64,000 bases of DNA from Vicinamibacterales bacterium. GTDB taxonomy: Bacteria; Acidobacteriota; Vicinamibacteria; Vicinamibacterales; CAVVIG01. Of the stretch, positions 34,350 to 44,124 are shown in pieces. The stretch is from positions 62 to 64,061 of the forward strand of contig DASSGK010000574.1 in NCBI GenBank assembly GCA_035693505.1, written 5' to 3'. The position numbers were made by a program, and so were the translations under genes. Positions within the stretch are counted from its first letter, which is position 1. Each line of letters starts with the position of its first letter. The notes under the pieces were generated by a model that was not told the origin of the DNA, searched no databases, and saw only the letters and a program-made list of their open reading frames with translations.

Positions 34350-36836
34350 ATGGCTGAACAGAAGCTGGTTGGCCAGAACTACTCAACCCCCGATCTTCAC
34401 GCCAAGGTCACTGGTCGAGCGCGGTACTCCGAAGATTTCCGCGCGCCGGGGATGCTGTTCGCGCGGCTCCTTCTGAGCCGTTATCCTCACGCGCGTGTGA
34501 AGAGCATCGACACCAGCGCCGCGCTGGCCATGCCTGGCGTAAAAGCGATTCTGACGGCTGACGAAGTGCCTGGTCCCAAAGATCAGGTCAATGACGCGGG
34601 TCAGGTCATCAAAGCCAACCCGAAGAGCGAGAAGGCGCTGACCAACGAACCGCTCTATCAGGGCGAACCGATTCTGGCTGTCGCGGCCGTCGACGAGCTG
34701 ACGGCTGTCGAAGCGATCGACAAGATCCAGGTTGAATGGGAACCGCTGCCGTTCAATGTGGACCCGGTCGCGTCGCTGCTGCCCGGTGCGATGAATCCCC
34801 GCGTGGAAGGCAATGTCTGGATACGTCCGGCCGCGGCGCCGGGGCAGCCGCCTCCGCTTCCGGAGGTTCACGACCTGAAATGGACAGAAGCCGAGGCCGA
34901 GGAGTACCGGGCAGGTCGTTTGCCACTGGGCAAGGACACCGACGCGCCCTGGTCGTATGGCGACCTCGAGGCCGGCTTCAAGAAAGCGGCGCTCGTCCTC
35001 GACGAAACGTTCGTGACGCCGAACACCAGCCATCAGTGCCTCGAGAGCCGCACGTCGATGGCGTACTGGCAGAACGGCAAGCTGTTCATTCACCTGTCGA
35101 CCCAAAGTGTCACGCAGACCGTCATGTCGGTCGTACGCTGGTTGAGCCTCGAGCCCGAAAACGTCGTGGTCATCAGCGAGTACTGCGGCGGCGGCTACGG
35201 GAGCAAGGGGACCGGTTCGGTCACCGATATCATTCCCGCGCTCCTGGCGAAGAAGACGGGCACGCCGGTACAGATGCGGATCAGTCGTGAGGAAGAGCAC
35301 GGCCTTGGCGGCGCGCGTCCCGCCGTGCACGGCCGGATGAAGGTCGGGTTTACCAAGGAAGGCCGTGTCACGGCGCTCGACATGTACACCGTCGTCGACG
35401 GCGGGCCGTACGGCCCGGGCGGCGACGGCAACACCGCCGGCCGCTTCGCGTCGCTGATGTTTCAACCCGAGGCGATGCGCTGGCGCGGCGTGACCGCGAT
35501 TTCCAACACGCCGCCTCGCCGCGCGCAGAGTCAGCCCGGTGGCATGCAGGGCATCGTGCTGATGGAGCCGGTGATCGCCAAGGCGGCGCGCCAGCTCGGG
35601 ATCGATCAAGTCGCGATCCGGAAGATCAATGCGCCTGCGGGCAAAGCCAGGTTCGGCCCGGCGAATGCGCGGGGCGATCGGGCGTACTCGACGAGTTGCT
35701 TCGTCAAAGAGGCGCTCGATCGGGGAGCAGAGCTCTTCAAGTGGGATGAACGCAAAACCCGGAGCGGGCAGCGGCAGGGCTCGAAGGTGCGCGGCACGGG
35801 CGTGGCGATCAGCTCGTACAGCGCCGGCTCAATCGGCTTCGACGGTCTCTTCGTCATCAAGCCGGATGGCCGGATGGCCATCCAGACGGGCATCGGCAAT
35901 CTGGGCACCGAATCGTGGTCCGACTGCCAGCGGGTGTCGGCGGAAATGATGGGCGTGCCGTGGGAAAAAGTCGACATCGCGTGGGGTGATACATCCAGGA
36001 ACCTGCCGTGGAGCTGCGTCTCCGGCGGCAGCCAGACGACGCACGCGATGACGCGCGCCGCGCATGCCGCGGCGAGCGATGCGATCAAGAAGGTGCAGCA
36101 GATCGCCGCGAAGGATCTCGGCGGCCGGCCTGAAGACTACGTCGTGGCCAACGAGCGCGTGTCGCGCAAAGGCGGCGGTGCCGGCATGACGCTCGCGCAC
36201 GCCGCGCAGCGGGCGATCGAGCTCGGAGGCATCTACGACGGCCACGAGCTGCCCAAAGAGATCAATGCCTATACCAAGCGGTCGGCCGAAGCGTTGGCGG
36301 GGCAGGGGCTGATGGGCGTGGCGCGCGACGCGTATCCCCACGACGGGAGCTCGCTGTCGTTCGTCGCGTCGTTCGCTGAAGTCGAAGTCGACGTCGAAAC
36401 TGGCGCGTACCGCATCGTCGATTTCCTCGCCGTTGCCGACGTCGGGACCGTCATCCATCCCGCGGCGCTGGGCGGCCAGATTCTCGGACGTTCGATGCTG
36501 GGTATCTCGCATGCCATCGGCCAGAAGTGGGTGTACGACCAGCACTACGGCGTCGCGCTCGCCAAACGGTTCCACTACAACAAGCCTCCGACGATTCTCG
36601 ATGCACCGGCGCACATGGCCTGGGCGGCGGTCGAACTTCCGGATCCGGAGACGCCGGTGGGCGCGCGCGGCATCGGAGAGCCTCCGGTTGCGTCCGGTTG
36701 CGCGGCGGTTCTGAACGCGATTTCTGCCGCTCTGGGAGACGAAGTTTTCCGCCGGGCGCCCGTGAATCTCGACGGGATTCTCACCGCGCTGGAGGCCGGA
36801 AGACCGATGATGGAGCCGCTTACCGCCAACGTGTGA
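34350..36836 (+). CDS. Xanthine-dehydrogenase/aldehyde-oxidase-family molybdopterin-binding subunit
   Basis: GGGGAGG lies 6 nt upstream. The a/b-hammerhead start is 'GQNYSTPDLHAKVTGRARYSEDFRAPGMLFARLL'. 'GGGYGSKG', 'IGEPPV'. Confidence 0.9.
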   Translation: MAEQKLVGQNYSTPDLHAKVTGRARYSEDFRAPGMLFARLLLSRYPHARVKSIDTSAALAMPGVKAILTADEVPGPKDQVNDAGQVIKANPKSEKALTNEPLYQGEPILAVAAVDELTAVEAIDKIQVEWEPLPFNVDPVASLLPGAMNPRVEGNVWIRPAAAPGQPPPLPEVHDLKWTEAEAEEYRAGRLPLGKDTDAPWSYGDLEAGFKKAALVLDETFVTPNTSHQCLESRTSMAYWQNGKLFIHLSTQSVTQTVMSVVRWLSLEPENVVVISEYCGGGYGSKGTGSVTDIIPALLAKKTGTPVQMRISREEEHGLGGARPAVHGRMKVGFTKEGRVTALDMYTVVDGGPYGPGGDGNTAGRFASLMFQPEAMRWRGVTAISNTPPRRAQSQPGGMQGIVLMEPVIAKAARQLGIDQVAIRKINAPAGKARFGPANARGDRAYSTSCFVKEALDRGAELFKWDERKTRSGQRQGSKVRGTGVAISSYSAGSIGFDGLFVIKPDGRMAIQTGIGNLGTESWSDCQRVSAEMMGVPWEKVDIAWGDTSRNLPWSCVSGGSQTTHAMTRAAHAAASDAIKKVQQIAAKDLGGRPEDYVVANERVSRKGGGAGMTLAHAAQRAIELGGIYDGHELPKEINAYTKRSAEALAGQGLMGVARDAYPHDGSSLSFVASFAEVEVDVETGAYRIVDFLAVADVGTVIHPAALGGQILGRSMLGISHAIGQKWVYDQHYGVALAKRFHYNKPPTILDAPAHMAWAAVELPDPETPVGARGIGEPPVASGCAAVLNAISAALGDEVFRRAPVNLDGILTALEAGRPMMEPLTANV

Positions 36837-36895
36837 GCGGGGAGTCTCCCTGTCGAACGCCGTCCGTCCGCGATGAGTCGCGGTGGCGTGGTGCG

Positions 36896-37999
36896 TCAGC
36901 TCCACACGTCGTGTGCGACTTCGACAATCTCACGGAGCTTCGCCCACTGCGCCTCCTCCGTGAGGACGTTGCCCTCCTCGGTTGACGCAAAGCCGCACTG
37001 GGGCGATAGCGCGAACTGCTCCAGCGGCGCGAATCGCGCCGCTTCGTCGATGCGGCGCTTGATGTCGTCCTTCTTTTCGAGCGTGCCGTCTTTCGACGTG
37101 ACGAGGCCGAGGACCACGATCTTCGGACCCTTCGGCAGGAATCGCAGCGGCTCGAAGCCGCCGGCGCGATCCGTGTCGTACTCGAGGAAGTAGCCATCCA
37201 GGTTGAGCGTCTGCAGGAGCGTTTCAGCCACCGGCTCGTAGCCCCCTGACGAAATCCAGGTCGAGCGGAAGTTTCCGCGGCAGACGTGCATGGTCATCGT
37301 CATGTCCGCGGGCCTGGCTTCGAGCGCCTTGTTGATCGTGCGCGCGTAGCGCTCCTGCAGCCGACTCACATCGTCGCCGCGGTCGCGCGCGCCGGCGCGC
37401 TGCTCCTCCGAGCACAGGTACGCCCAGACGGTGTCGTCGAGCTGCAGGTACCGGCAGCCGGCGTTGTAGAAGGCGCGGATGGCCTTCTGATAGGCGTGCG
37501 CGAGGTCATCGAAATACGCGTCGATGTCGGGATACACGTGCTTGATGGCGTTGTACCCCTGGCGGAAGTGCAGCACGCTGGGGCTCGGTATGGTCATCTT
37601 CGGTGTGGCGCGCGCGATGCTTTTCAGAAACGCAAAGTGCGCGAGCATCGGATGGTCGGACGGGAAATCGATCTTTCCGGTCACGGCGATCGTCTGGGCT
37701 TTCGTCTGAATCCCGTGGAACTGAATGCCATGCTCGGCTTCGCGGAGCTCGCAACCGTCGAGGGCACGATAGAAGTCGAAATGCCACCACGATCGGCGGA
37801 ACTCGCCGTCAGTCACGCCCTGCAGGCCGATCTCCTCCTGTTTGCGCACGATCGCCCTGATCTCCCGGTCTTCGACCTCCCTCAACCCGGCGTCGTCGAG
37901 GCGCTGTTCTCCGTGTGCGGCGCGCGCGGATTTGATCGCGGAGGGCCTGAGAAGGCTGCCGACCATGTCGGCACGAAACGGCGGCTTTGTTCGTGGCAT
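36896..37999 (-). CDS. Cobalamin-independent methionine-synthase-like (MetE C-terminal-domain family) methyltransferase
   Basis: 'FRADMVGSLLRP...EIGLQGVTDGEFRRSWWHFDF', 'HVCRGN' and 'LSPQCGFAS' are zinc-ligand-type motifs. Confidence 0.85.
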   Translation of the reverse strand: MPRTKPPFRADMVGSLLRPSAIKSARAAHGEQRLDDAGLREVEDREIRAIVRKQEEIGLQGVTDGEFRRSWWHFDFYRALDGCELREAEHGIQFHGIQTKAQTIAVTGKIDFPSDHPMLAHFAFLKSIARATPKMTIPSPSVLHFRQGYNAIKHVYPDIDAYFDDLAHAYQKAIRAFYNAGCRYLQLDDTVWAYLCSEEQRAGARDRGDDVSRLQERYARTINKALEARPADMTMTMHVCRGNFRSTWISSGGYEPVAETLLQTLNLDGYFLEYDTDRAGGFEPLRFLPKGPKIVVLGLVTSKDGTLEKKDDIKRRIDEAARFAPLEQFALSPQCGFASTEEGNVLTEEAQWAKLREIVEVAHDVWS

Positions 38000-38094
38000 T
38001 TTTGACGGCTCCCATCCGCCATGCTACCCGTAAACCACGACGTTCAGTGCATTCGGATCGGCGATGATGATCGGCTTGTGGAGGGACGAACGCG

Positions 38095-38424
38095 ATGACC
38101 GAGGGCTCCATACTCATTCGGAAAGCCTTTCGCATGAAAGTCCATCCTGGATACGAAGCCGAGTACGAACACCGCCATCGTCCGATCTGGGCCGAGCTGG
38201 AGGAGGCGCTGCGATCGCACGGCGTGAGTCGCTACTCGATCTTCCTCGATGCGGCGACGAGCGACCTGTTTGCGTACGTCGAGATCGAAGACGAGCAGCG
38301 CTGGAACGCGATCGCCAACACCGATGTGTGCCGCCGTTGGTGGCGTTACATGCGTGAGATCATGCCGTCAGCCGCCGACGACTCACCGCTCTCGCGTGAG
38401 CTGAGGGAAGTATTCCGCCTGTGA
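38095..38424 (+). CDS. rhaM: L-rhamnose mutarotase
   Basis: '[45 protein letters not shown]...[13 protein letters not shown]' fits the RhaM family pattern and size. Confidence 0.8.
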   Translation: MTEGSILIRKAFRMKVHPGYEAEYEHRHRPIWAELEEALRSHGVSRYSIFLDAATSDLFAYVEIEDEQRWNAIANTDVCRRWWRYMREIMPSAADDSPLSRELREVFRL

Positions 38425-38482
38425 TCGTGTCGGAACCGCCTGCTGCGCCCCGATTCGCAGGCTCGCGTATGATGACAACCCG

Positions 38483-40102
38483 ATGCGCGACTCTGAGCCG
38501 GGACACGCTGTCTGGACGGCTGTTCGTTGGCAACCGCTCGTTGTTTTCGCTGCTTTTGTCGGCGCGGCTCTCTATCATCTCCAGTCCAGCGATCAGGGAT
38601 TTCGGACTGCTGTTCGGGACAATGCGATCGCCGCTGTCGGTCGCGGTCTCTTGCGTATTCCGTTTGTCTATACCCGGTCGTTGCTCGCGACCCCGGACGC
38701 CATTCCGATCGTGGCGGCTGGCATGGCGATCGTCGCCGCAGCCTGGTGGGTAAGCCTCCGCCCTCGGCATCCGCCCATCGAACGATTGTTGGAAACTGTC
38801 GTGATCGTTTTCATGCTGGTCACGGTTGCCTGGTTGCTTCGTTTCGGAAAAGACGATTGGGCTTCGACGCAGGATCACCTCAAGGATTGGGGTTACTACT
38901 CCACGCTGCGCCAGGCAGTTGAGACCCACCAGTTGCCGCTGTATTCGAAACAAGCGTTTCATCTGCAAACCGAGCGGTACTTTGCAAATGCGGAGACACC
39001 GGTCGGACCGCACGCGATACTGCTGGCAATTCTGGACATCCGCACATTTTTTCTTCTGCACGCACTGTTCATGGCCGGTATCGGTGCCGCTGGCTTGCTG
39101 GCGCTCAGGCGCGAGCTGGGCCTCGGGCTGTTCGGCTGGACCATATTTGTGATCGCGTTCGTGCTGAACGCCTCTACAACGTGGCACTTCGCCGAAGGGG
39201 ACACGCCGTGGGTCAGCATGTGGCTGCTGCCATGGATCTTCTGGAGCACGATTCGAATGCGGCAGGGCGATCACAGTCACCGCACCGCCGCCATCACCTC
39301 GCTCTGTCTGGCACTGATGATTGTCAATGGCGCGTGGCACATCTTCATGTGGTCAGCGATGATCATCGGTGTAAGCGCGATCGGTCGACGCCTGAACCTC
39401 GTCTTTCTGACCAGGACGTTCGGCATGCTCCTGGCGCTGACTGCATTTAGAACTGTTCCAGCCTTCCTGACGGTCGGCGGCGGTCACAATGAGTTTGGGG
39501 CCGGCTTTGCCAGCGTCAGCGATCTTGTCAGAGCGTTGCTGACCGAAAGTTCTGTCACTCGATGGTCGTGGTTCGAGAACACGAACTTTTTCGTGGGTTG
39601 GTTTGGTTTCGCGCTGATCGCCAGCGCTCTCATCCCCTGGCCTGGATCGTCCAGTCGCGACGCTCTGTTAGTTCCCGCCGTCACGCTGTTTGTCCTGTCC
39701 ATCGGCAGTGTCTACGAGCACACACTGTTCAGGCTTCCGGTATTCGTCTCAGAGCGGTTCACGTTCAGGTTTGCCGAGCCTGCGGCGTTGGCGATGCTGT
39801 TGATCGGCTGCTGCCATGTTCAAGAGTGGCGCATGTGGCGAAGCCGTCGAGCGTGGCTGACGACCCTGCCGATTCTCGCGGCGGCGATGTCTTTGGTTGT
39901 GCAACTGGGACTGCTCGCGACGGCAATCCGCCCGCGCTTCGCCGAGCTCCCACCACCCGTCATCGATAACTTGAAGACGACCTTATCCGAACCGTCCTAC
40001 GTGTTCAGCGTGAGGTTCGGGCTTGTGCTCGGTGCTATCGCATTGTTGTGGGTTGCGAGACAGTTGCGGACGACCACAACCGCGGAATTCGCCACTCGAT
40101 GA
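38483..40102 (+). CDS. Polytopic integral membrane protein of unknown function
   Basis: At least 12 hydrophobic segments. Visibly lower G+C than its neighbours. No family motif recognised, though the topology resembles large GT-C-type or YfhO-type membrane proteins. Confidence 0.65.
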   Translation: MRDSEPGHAVWTAVRWQPLVVFAAFVGAALYHLQSSDQGFRTAVRDNAIAAVGRGLLRIPFVYTRSLLATPDAIPIVAAGMAIVAAAWWVSLRPRHPPIERLLETVVIVFMLVTVAWLLRFGKDDWASTQDHLKDWGYYSTLRQAVETHQLPLYSKQAFHLQTERYFANAETPVGPHAILLAILDIRTFFLLHALFMAGIGAAGLLALRRELGLGLFGWTIFVIAFVLNASTTWHFAEGDTPWVSMWLLPWIFWSTIRMRQGDHSHRTAAITSLCLALMIVNGAWHIFMWSAMIIGVSAIGRRLNLVFLTRTFGMLLALTAFRTVPAFLTVGGGHNEFGAGFASVSDLVRALLTESSVTRWSWFENTNFFVGWFGFALIASALIPWPGSSSRDALLVPAVTLFVLSIGSVYEHTLFRLPVFVSERFTFRFAEPAALAMLLIGCCHVQEWRMWRSRRAWLTTLPILAAAMSLVVQLGLLATAIRPRFAELPPPVIDNLKTTLSEPSYVFSVRFGLVLGAIALLWVARQLRTTTTAEFATR

Positions 40103-40162
40103 AATCGACGCGCGCTCCCGAACTGGCGCGATGAAGCGACTACCGGGGCCCGTCTCGATGTT

Positions 40163-41356
40163 CTACTGCGGCCAACCGTTCTGCGGCAGACCCTTCACGA
40201 TCCGTAGCGCGTTCTTGTAATACAGCTTCTTCAGCACGTCATCAGGAAGGCTCATTCCGTACAGCTTCCAGAAGGCGTGATAGTCACGGTAGTAGTCGAA
40301 GTACTCGTCCCCCGTCTCGAACACGCGCCAGTAGTACGGGTACTCGCTCGGTTCGAACGCATCCTTGCCGAACAGGATCCGGTCCTGGTACTTGATGAAG
40401 AAGTCGCGCGCGGCGCGCGGCTGCCGGCCCAGGTCGTACAGAATAGCGCCGACTTCCACGGTGACGTTGGGGAAGTCGTCCAGCATCTTCGCCGCCCGCG
40501 CAAGGTCGTTGGCGCGCCAGCCGAAATGTGCCGCGATGAACTGTGTTTTGGGATGCTTGCGGAAGACAGCGTCGCGTTCCGTCAGCAGCTCTTCGAACGT
40601 CACACCGCCAGGCTGGTTGTTGCGGCGATCGGCAAACAAGGCGAGCTCCAGCCACCGCTCGTTGTGCACATCGAGTGGCTGAAAGAATTCCTGCGGCTCA
40701 GCGGTGTGGATGAAGACGGGAACGCCCAAACGAGCGAATGCCGCCCAGATCGGATCGAGCTCGGGATCGTCGATGCGCAGCCGCGAGCCATCGGGCTTCC
40801 GGTTGCGAAGGCCGAACGACTTCGGTACTTCCCCGACGCCCACGGCGCCGGTCTTGATGTCGGCCTCGAGCTGCGCCACCGCCTTCGCGCCCCAGTCGGG
40901 TCCCACGTTGTTGAAATTGATGCCGCCCAGCACACGAAATCGATCCTTGTGCGGGCTCGCGTTGATGGCGGCGAGCGCGCGCGTCAGCCGATCGCCCGAC
41001 GAATTGTCGGCGCTCACCATCACGCGCAGGTTGAGCTTGTCCATCTCCGCGACAACGCGGTTGATCGATTCGGTGCTGGTGAGCGAGGGGGGATGCCCGT
41101 GGATGTCGATCGACGGAAACTTCGATTTCGGCACGGGATGCTCCGCCGTGACGAGGGTCGACCGCGGATGGTAGTCGACGATGCTCGGGGGAGGGAACTC
41201 GGGCGCCTGGCATGAGCCGGGCCGCGTTTCAGTCGTACCCGATGGACATTCCTGTCCCGCCCCGAGCCGAACACGATTCCCGCCGCGCTGCGCACCCATC
41301 ACCGCGCCGAGCGCAGCGATGGCGACGGCCAGACCACCAACCAGATAACGATTCAT
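40163..41356 (-). CDS. Exported amidohydrolase-family (PF04909-like TIM-barrel metal hydrolase) protein
   Basis: Signal peptide 'LVGGLAVAIAALGAVMGAQ'. 'SIDIHGHPP', 'VFIHTAEP' and 'IAAHFGW' are metal-ligand-type strings. Confidence 0.8.
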   Translation of the reverse strand: MNRYLVGGLAVAIAALGAVMGAQRGGNRVRLGAGQECPSGTTETRPGSCQAPEFPPPSIVDYHPRSTLVTAEHPVPKSKFPSIDIHGHPPSLTSTESINRVVAEMDKLNLRVMVSADNSSGDRLTRALAAINASPHKDRFRVLGGINFNNVGPDWGAKAVAQLEADIKTGAVGVGEVPKSFGLRNRKPDGSRLRIDDPELDPIWAAFARLGVPVFIHTAEPQEFFQPLDVHNERWLELALFADRRNNQPGGVTFEELLTERDAVFRKHPKTQFIAAHFGWRANDLARAAKMLDDFPNVTVEVGAILYDLGRQPRAARDFFIKYQDRILFGKDAFEPSEYPYYWRVFETGDEYFDYYRDYHAFWKLYGMSLPDDVLKKLYYKNALRIVKGLPQNGWPQ

Positions 41357-41376
41357 GCGAAACCTCGACCCTCGAC

Positions 41377-41928
41377 CTACCGCGACAGGTATTTTGCGGG
41401 AATCGGCTTATCGGCCGTTTCTGCGTCCCAGAAGATTGTAACAATCCACCAGCGCGTTCCATCGCTGTACAGCTGAAAGCTGTTGATGCCGCGCGCGAAC
41501 GGCGCGCCGTCCAGACTGCGCTTCGAATCGTACGTGCTGAAGGCGTGCAGCACGGCGCCGAATGCCTCAGTGGTGCGGTGAATCTCGCGTTCGAAGAAAC
41601 CCTGCCTCTCCAGGCCAGCGCCGGCTGCGGCGATGTATTCCTCGGCGCTCCACACCACCGGGGTCGTGGTGCCCGGCGTGCGCCGCGAAGACGGGATCAG
41701 GCGCGCGCCGGGGATCAGCAGCGAGCGGAATCGAGCCCAGTCGCGCGGCTGACCCGCTGGTCCGGAAATCGAGGCGTAGACCGCGTCGATGATGGCGTCA
41801 GGCGTCGCGACATCGGCCGGCTTTGCGGCCGCCGTTCCGGGTGCCGTTTGGGCCCATGCTGCGAACGACATGGAAAGCAGCGCTGCCGTTAGTCCCAGTG
41901 TTCTCAGCAGATCCTGCGTGCGCCTCAT
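41377..41928 (-). CDS. Exported hypothetical protein (NTF2-like size and pattern)
   Basis: ATG 41928 is preceded by GGGGGA with a 5-nt spacer. Signal peptide 'LTAALLSMSFAAWAQ'. C-terminal 'FQLYSDGTRWWIVTIFWD'. Confidence 0.6.
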   Translation of the reverse strand: MRRTQDLLRTLGLTAALLSMSFAAWAQTAPGTAAAKPADVATPDAIIDAVYASISGPAGQPRDWARFRSLLIPGARLIPSSRRTPGTTTPVVWSAEEYIAAAGAGLERQGFFEREIHRTTEAFGAVLHAFSTYDSKRSLDGAPFARGINSFQLYSDGTRWWIVTIFWDAETADKPIPAKYLSR

Positions 41929-42334
41929 CGTTGTCCCCCGGGAACGCAGCCAGCTGGAAAAATCTGGCGGCATCTGGCTTCGTCGAATGACAACTTAACA
42001 CGCCGGGGAGAGGGGCGCGGAATTGTTCCGGGAGTGAACCGACGATGTTGAGGAACGCCTCGTCGCGATCAGCCGGGTCCGTGGACCCGTCTGTCGTCGT
42101 GCTGCGACGTCTCAATCGCGCCGGTGCGAGCGGCCGTCGTGATCGTCGTCGGAGTCGCCATCGTCGTCGTGGTCGCCATGCTTTGCGCGGCGAAGATTTC
42201 TCCTCAAAACAGAGAGGTCCCCGGCGCCGCAATTTCCGCTTCGGCAGGTCGCTTCGTCCACGGAAGTGACGGTGGAGCCGAAACGGGCACGCGCGAAGCC
42301 CGGCTGGAATGGCAGTAGTTGAGTTGGGGTTCGC

Positions 42335-44074
42335 CTACTTTCCGCCAGCCGCCTTGGGTTTCGGCGGCACTGTCGTAAGCTGCGCGTACTGATAGATCGC
42401 GGCTGCCGCGTTCTTCTCGGCGTTGGCGAGACCACCGGCCTTGCCGACCGATTCGATGGTGTAGAACTCGTTGGCGGCATGCGCACGTCCACCACCGCCT
42501 CCGCCGCCACGGCCGCCCATCGGGATCGACACGCTGCCAATCTTCTGTCCCGTCTCGCCGTCGGCGAACAGATACGCCGGCCAATAGCCGCCGGCCGGAT
42601 CCGCCGCGGTGTCGGACAGCAACGCGTTCGGATCGGTCAGCCGCGCCGACGTCGGCAGCAGAGGGGCACCCGCGCGGCCGCCGCCCAGGCCGATCGACGC
42701 CATGAGCTCGCCGGCCTTCTGATGCGCGTGCGCGATGTCGGTGTCCGCCGAGGAGCCTCGTGACCATGGCACGTCGCCGATCAGCTTCACCTCGACGTCC
42801 TTGTAGCCATTCGCGTCGAGCTGTGCGCGCAGTTTCTTCACGAGGTCAGGACCATTCATCCGCGGCACGTACCGGAAGTTGTGCTTCGTCGTGAACTTGT
42901 TGGGCAGGATGGCTCCGGCGCCGCCGGCGTACATGTTGCCGCCCCAGCCGCCGTCCAGGTTGAACGACACGCCGAAGCGGCCGTCCTTCAGCACCTGGAA
43001 CGGATCGTCGGACATGAACCGCGCCACGCCGGCGTTCCTGGCCATCGTGGCCAGGTCCGTGCGCGCCGCCTGCGCTTTCATCTGCTCGACTTCCGCCTTG
43101 GTCGGCGGGTCCATGTTCTCGAAGAATCCCTTGATGAGCGGCGTGTTGCCGTCCTTGGACGTCAGCGACGCCAGCATCTGAATATGCCGCCACGCCGGGC
43201 TGTCAGTCGTCCGCTTCATGACGCCATGAACGTCGGACTGCACCGGTCCGCGGCCCCAGCTCTTGCCGCTGGTCGTCAACTCGACGTAGACGCAGCCCTC
43301 CGACGGTCCGCCGACGAACAGCGCGTCCGCTTCCGCAAACAGATCCGAGTGCTCGCCGATGAACTTGCGCAGCCCGATGTCCATCCGCTCTTCATCGCCC
43401 TCGGCGATGAAGATGAGATTCACCGGCAGCTTGCCCATCACCGCCTTCATCGACGTGATGGCGTTCAACACCGCCATCTCGGGGCCCTTGGAGTTGGTGG
43501 CGCCGCGCCCGATGATCACGCGCGACGCGCCGTCGACGTTCGCCGTCGGACCGTCCACGATCTTTCCTTCGAAGGGCGGAGCGATCCAGACGTCCGGCTG
43601 CGTCACCGGCATCGTGTCGTACTGCCAATAGATGGCGAGCGTTTTCGGCGCGCCTTCGTCGCACTTGGCGAAGACGACGGGATTGCCCTGGCTTCCGTAT
43701 TCGGTGAGCCCCGTGTCGTACACGCGGGCGTACTGACAGCCCAGTTTTTCGTAGAACCCCTTCACCATCTCGGCGCTCTCGGGAATGCCCTCCCCGCTGT
43801 TCGAGATGCTGGGCTGCTTGATCCATTTCTGGATGTTCTCCGCGTGCGTATCGATGTTCGTGTCGATGTAGGTGAAGACCTTCTGGAGGTCGGCAGGCAG
43901 CTTGGAGTAATCCGGCTTGAAGTCCGGCTCGCCGGTGCCGAAGGGATGAATCCCGATCTTCGGCGCTGTCGAGGCCGGCGCCGCCGCCGACACGGTGGCG
44001 GCCTTCTGGCTGCAACCAGGCAGCGCGATCAACGCACCCACAAAACACAGCGACATCACTTTTGTCACGATCAT
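42335..44074 (-). CDS. M20-family metallopeptidase, lipoprotein
   Basis: Lipobox 'LIALPGCS'. 'IQKWIKQPSISNSGEGI...' and 'LIFIAEGDEE' are M20-type strings. The start is near 44074, or GTG 44068 lying 6 nt after GAGGAG. The track ORF's 133-aa N-terminal extension overlaps the TBDR gene. Confidence 0.85.
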   Translation of the reverse strand: MIVTKVMSLCFVGALIALPGCSQKAATVSAAAPASTAPKIGIHPFGTGEPDFKPDYSKLPADLQKVFTYIDTNIDTHAENIQKWIKQPSISNSGEGIPESAEMVKGFYEKLGCQYARVYDTGLTEYGSQGNPVVFAKCDEGAPKTLAIYWQYDTMPVTQPDVWIAPPFEGKIVDGPTANVDGASRVIIGRGATNSKGPEMAVLNAITSMKAVMGKLPVNLIFIAEGDEERMDIGLRKFIGEHSDLFAEADALFVGGPSEGCVYVELTTSGKSWGRGPVQSDVHGVMKRTTDSPAWRHIQMLASLTSKDGNTPLIKGFFENMDPPTKAEVEQMKAQAARTDLATMARNAGVARFMSDDPFQVLKDGRFGVSFNLDGGWGGNMYAGGAGAILPNKFTTKHNFRYVPRMNGPDLVKKLRAQLDANGYKDVEVKLIGDVPWSRGSSADTDIAHAHQKAGELMASIGLGGGRAGAPLLPTSARLTDPNALLSDTAADPAGGYWPAYLFADGETGQKIGSVSIPMGGRGGGGGGGRAHAANEFYTIESVGKAGGLANAEKNAAAAIYQYAQLTTVPPKPKAAGGK

Positions 44075-44124
44075 CTCCTCGAATACGCCACGCTTCTTAT
44101 ACACGATCGGCCCGGCGCCCGGAG

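Noticed and set aside
42069-42179. 36-aa Thr-rich minus-strand sORF 'MATTTTMATPTTITTAARTGA...', reminiscent of a thr-operon leader peptide
   Set aside because: The nearest GAGGAG is about 20 nt from the ATG, too far to serve as an RBS. I could find no terminator/antiterminator pair before the next gene (41928). The downstream gene is not an amino-acid biosynthesis gene. The Thr run comes from a (CGT/GTC)n-like repeat that also yields a hydrophobic plus-strand ORF (42124..42318) and an Asp-rich frame. This is most likely non-coding low-complexity DNA.
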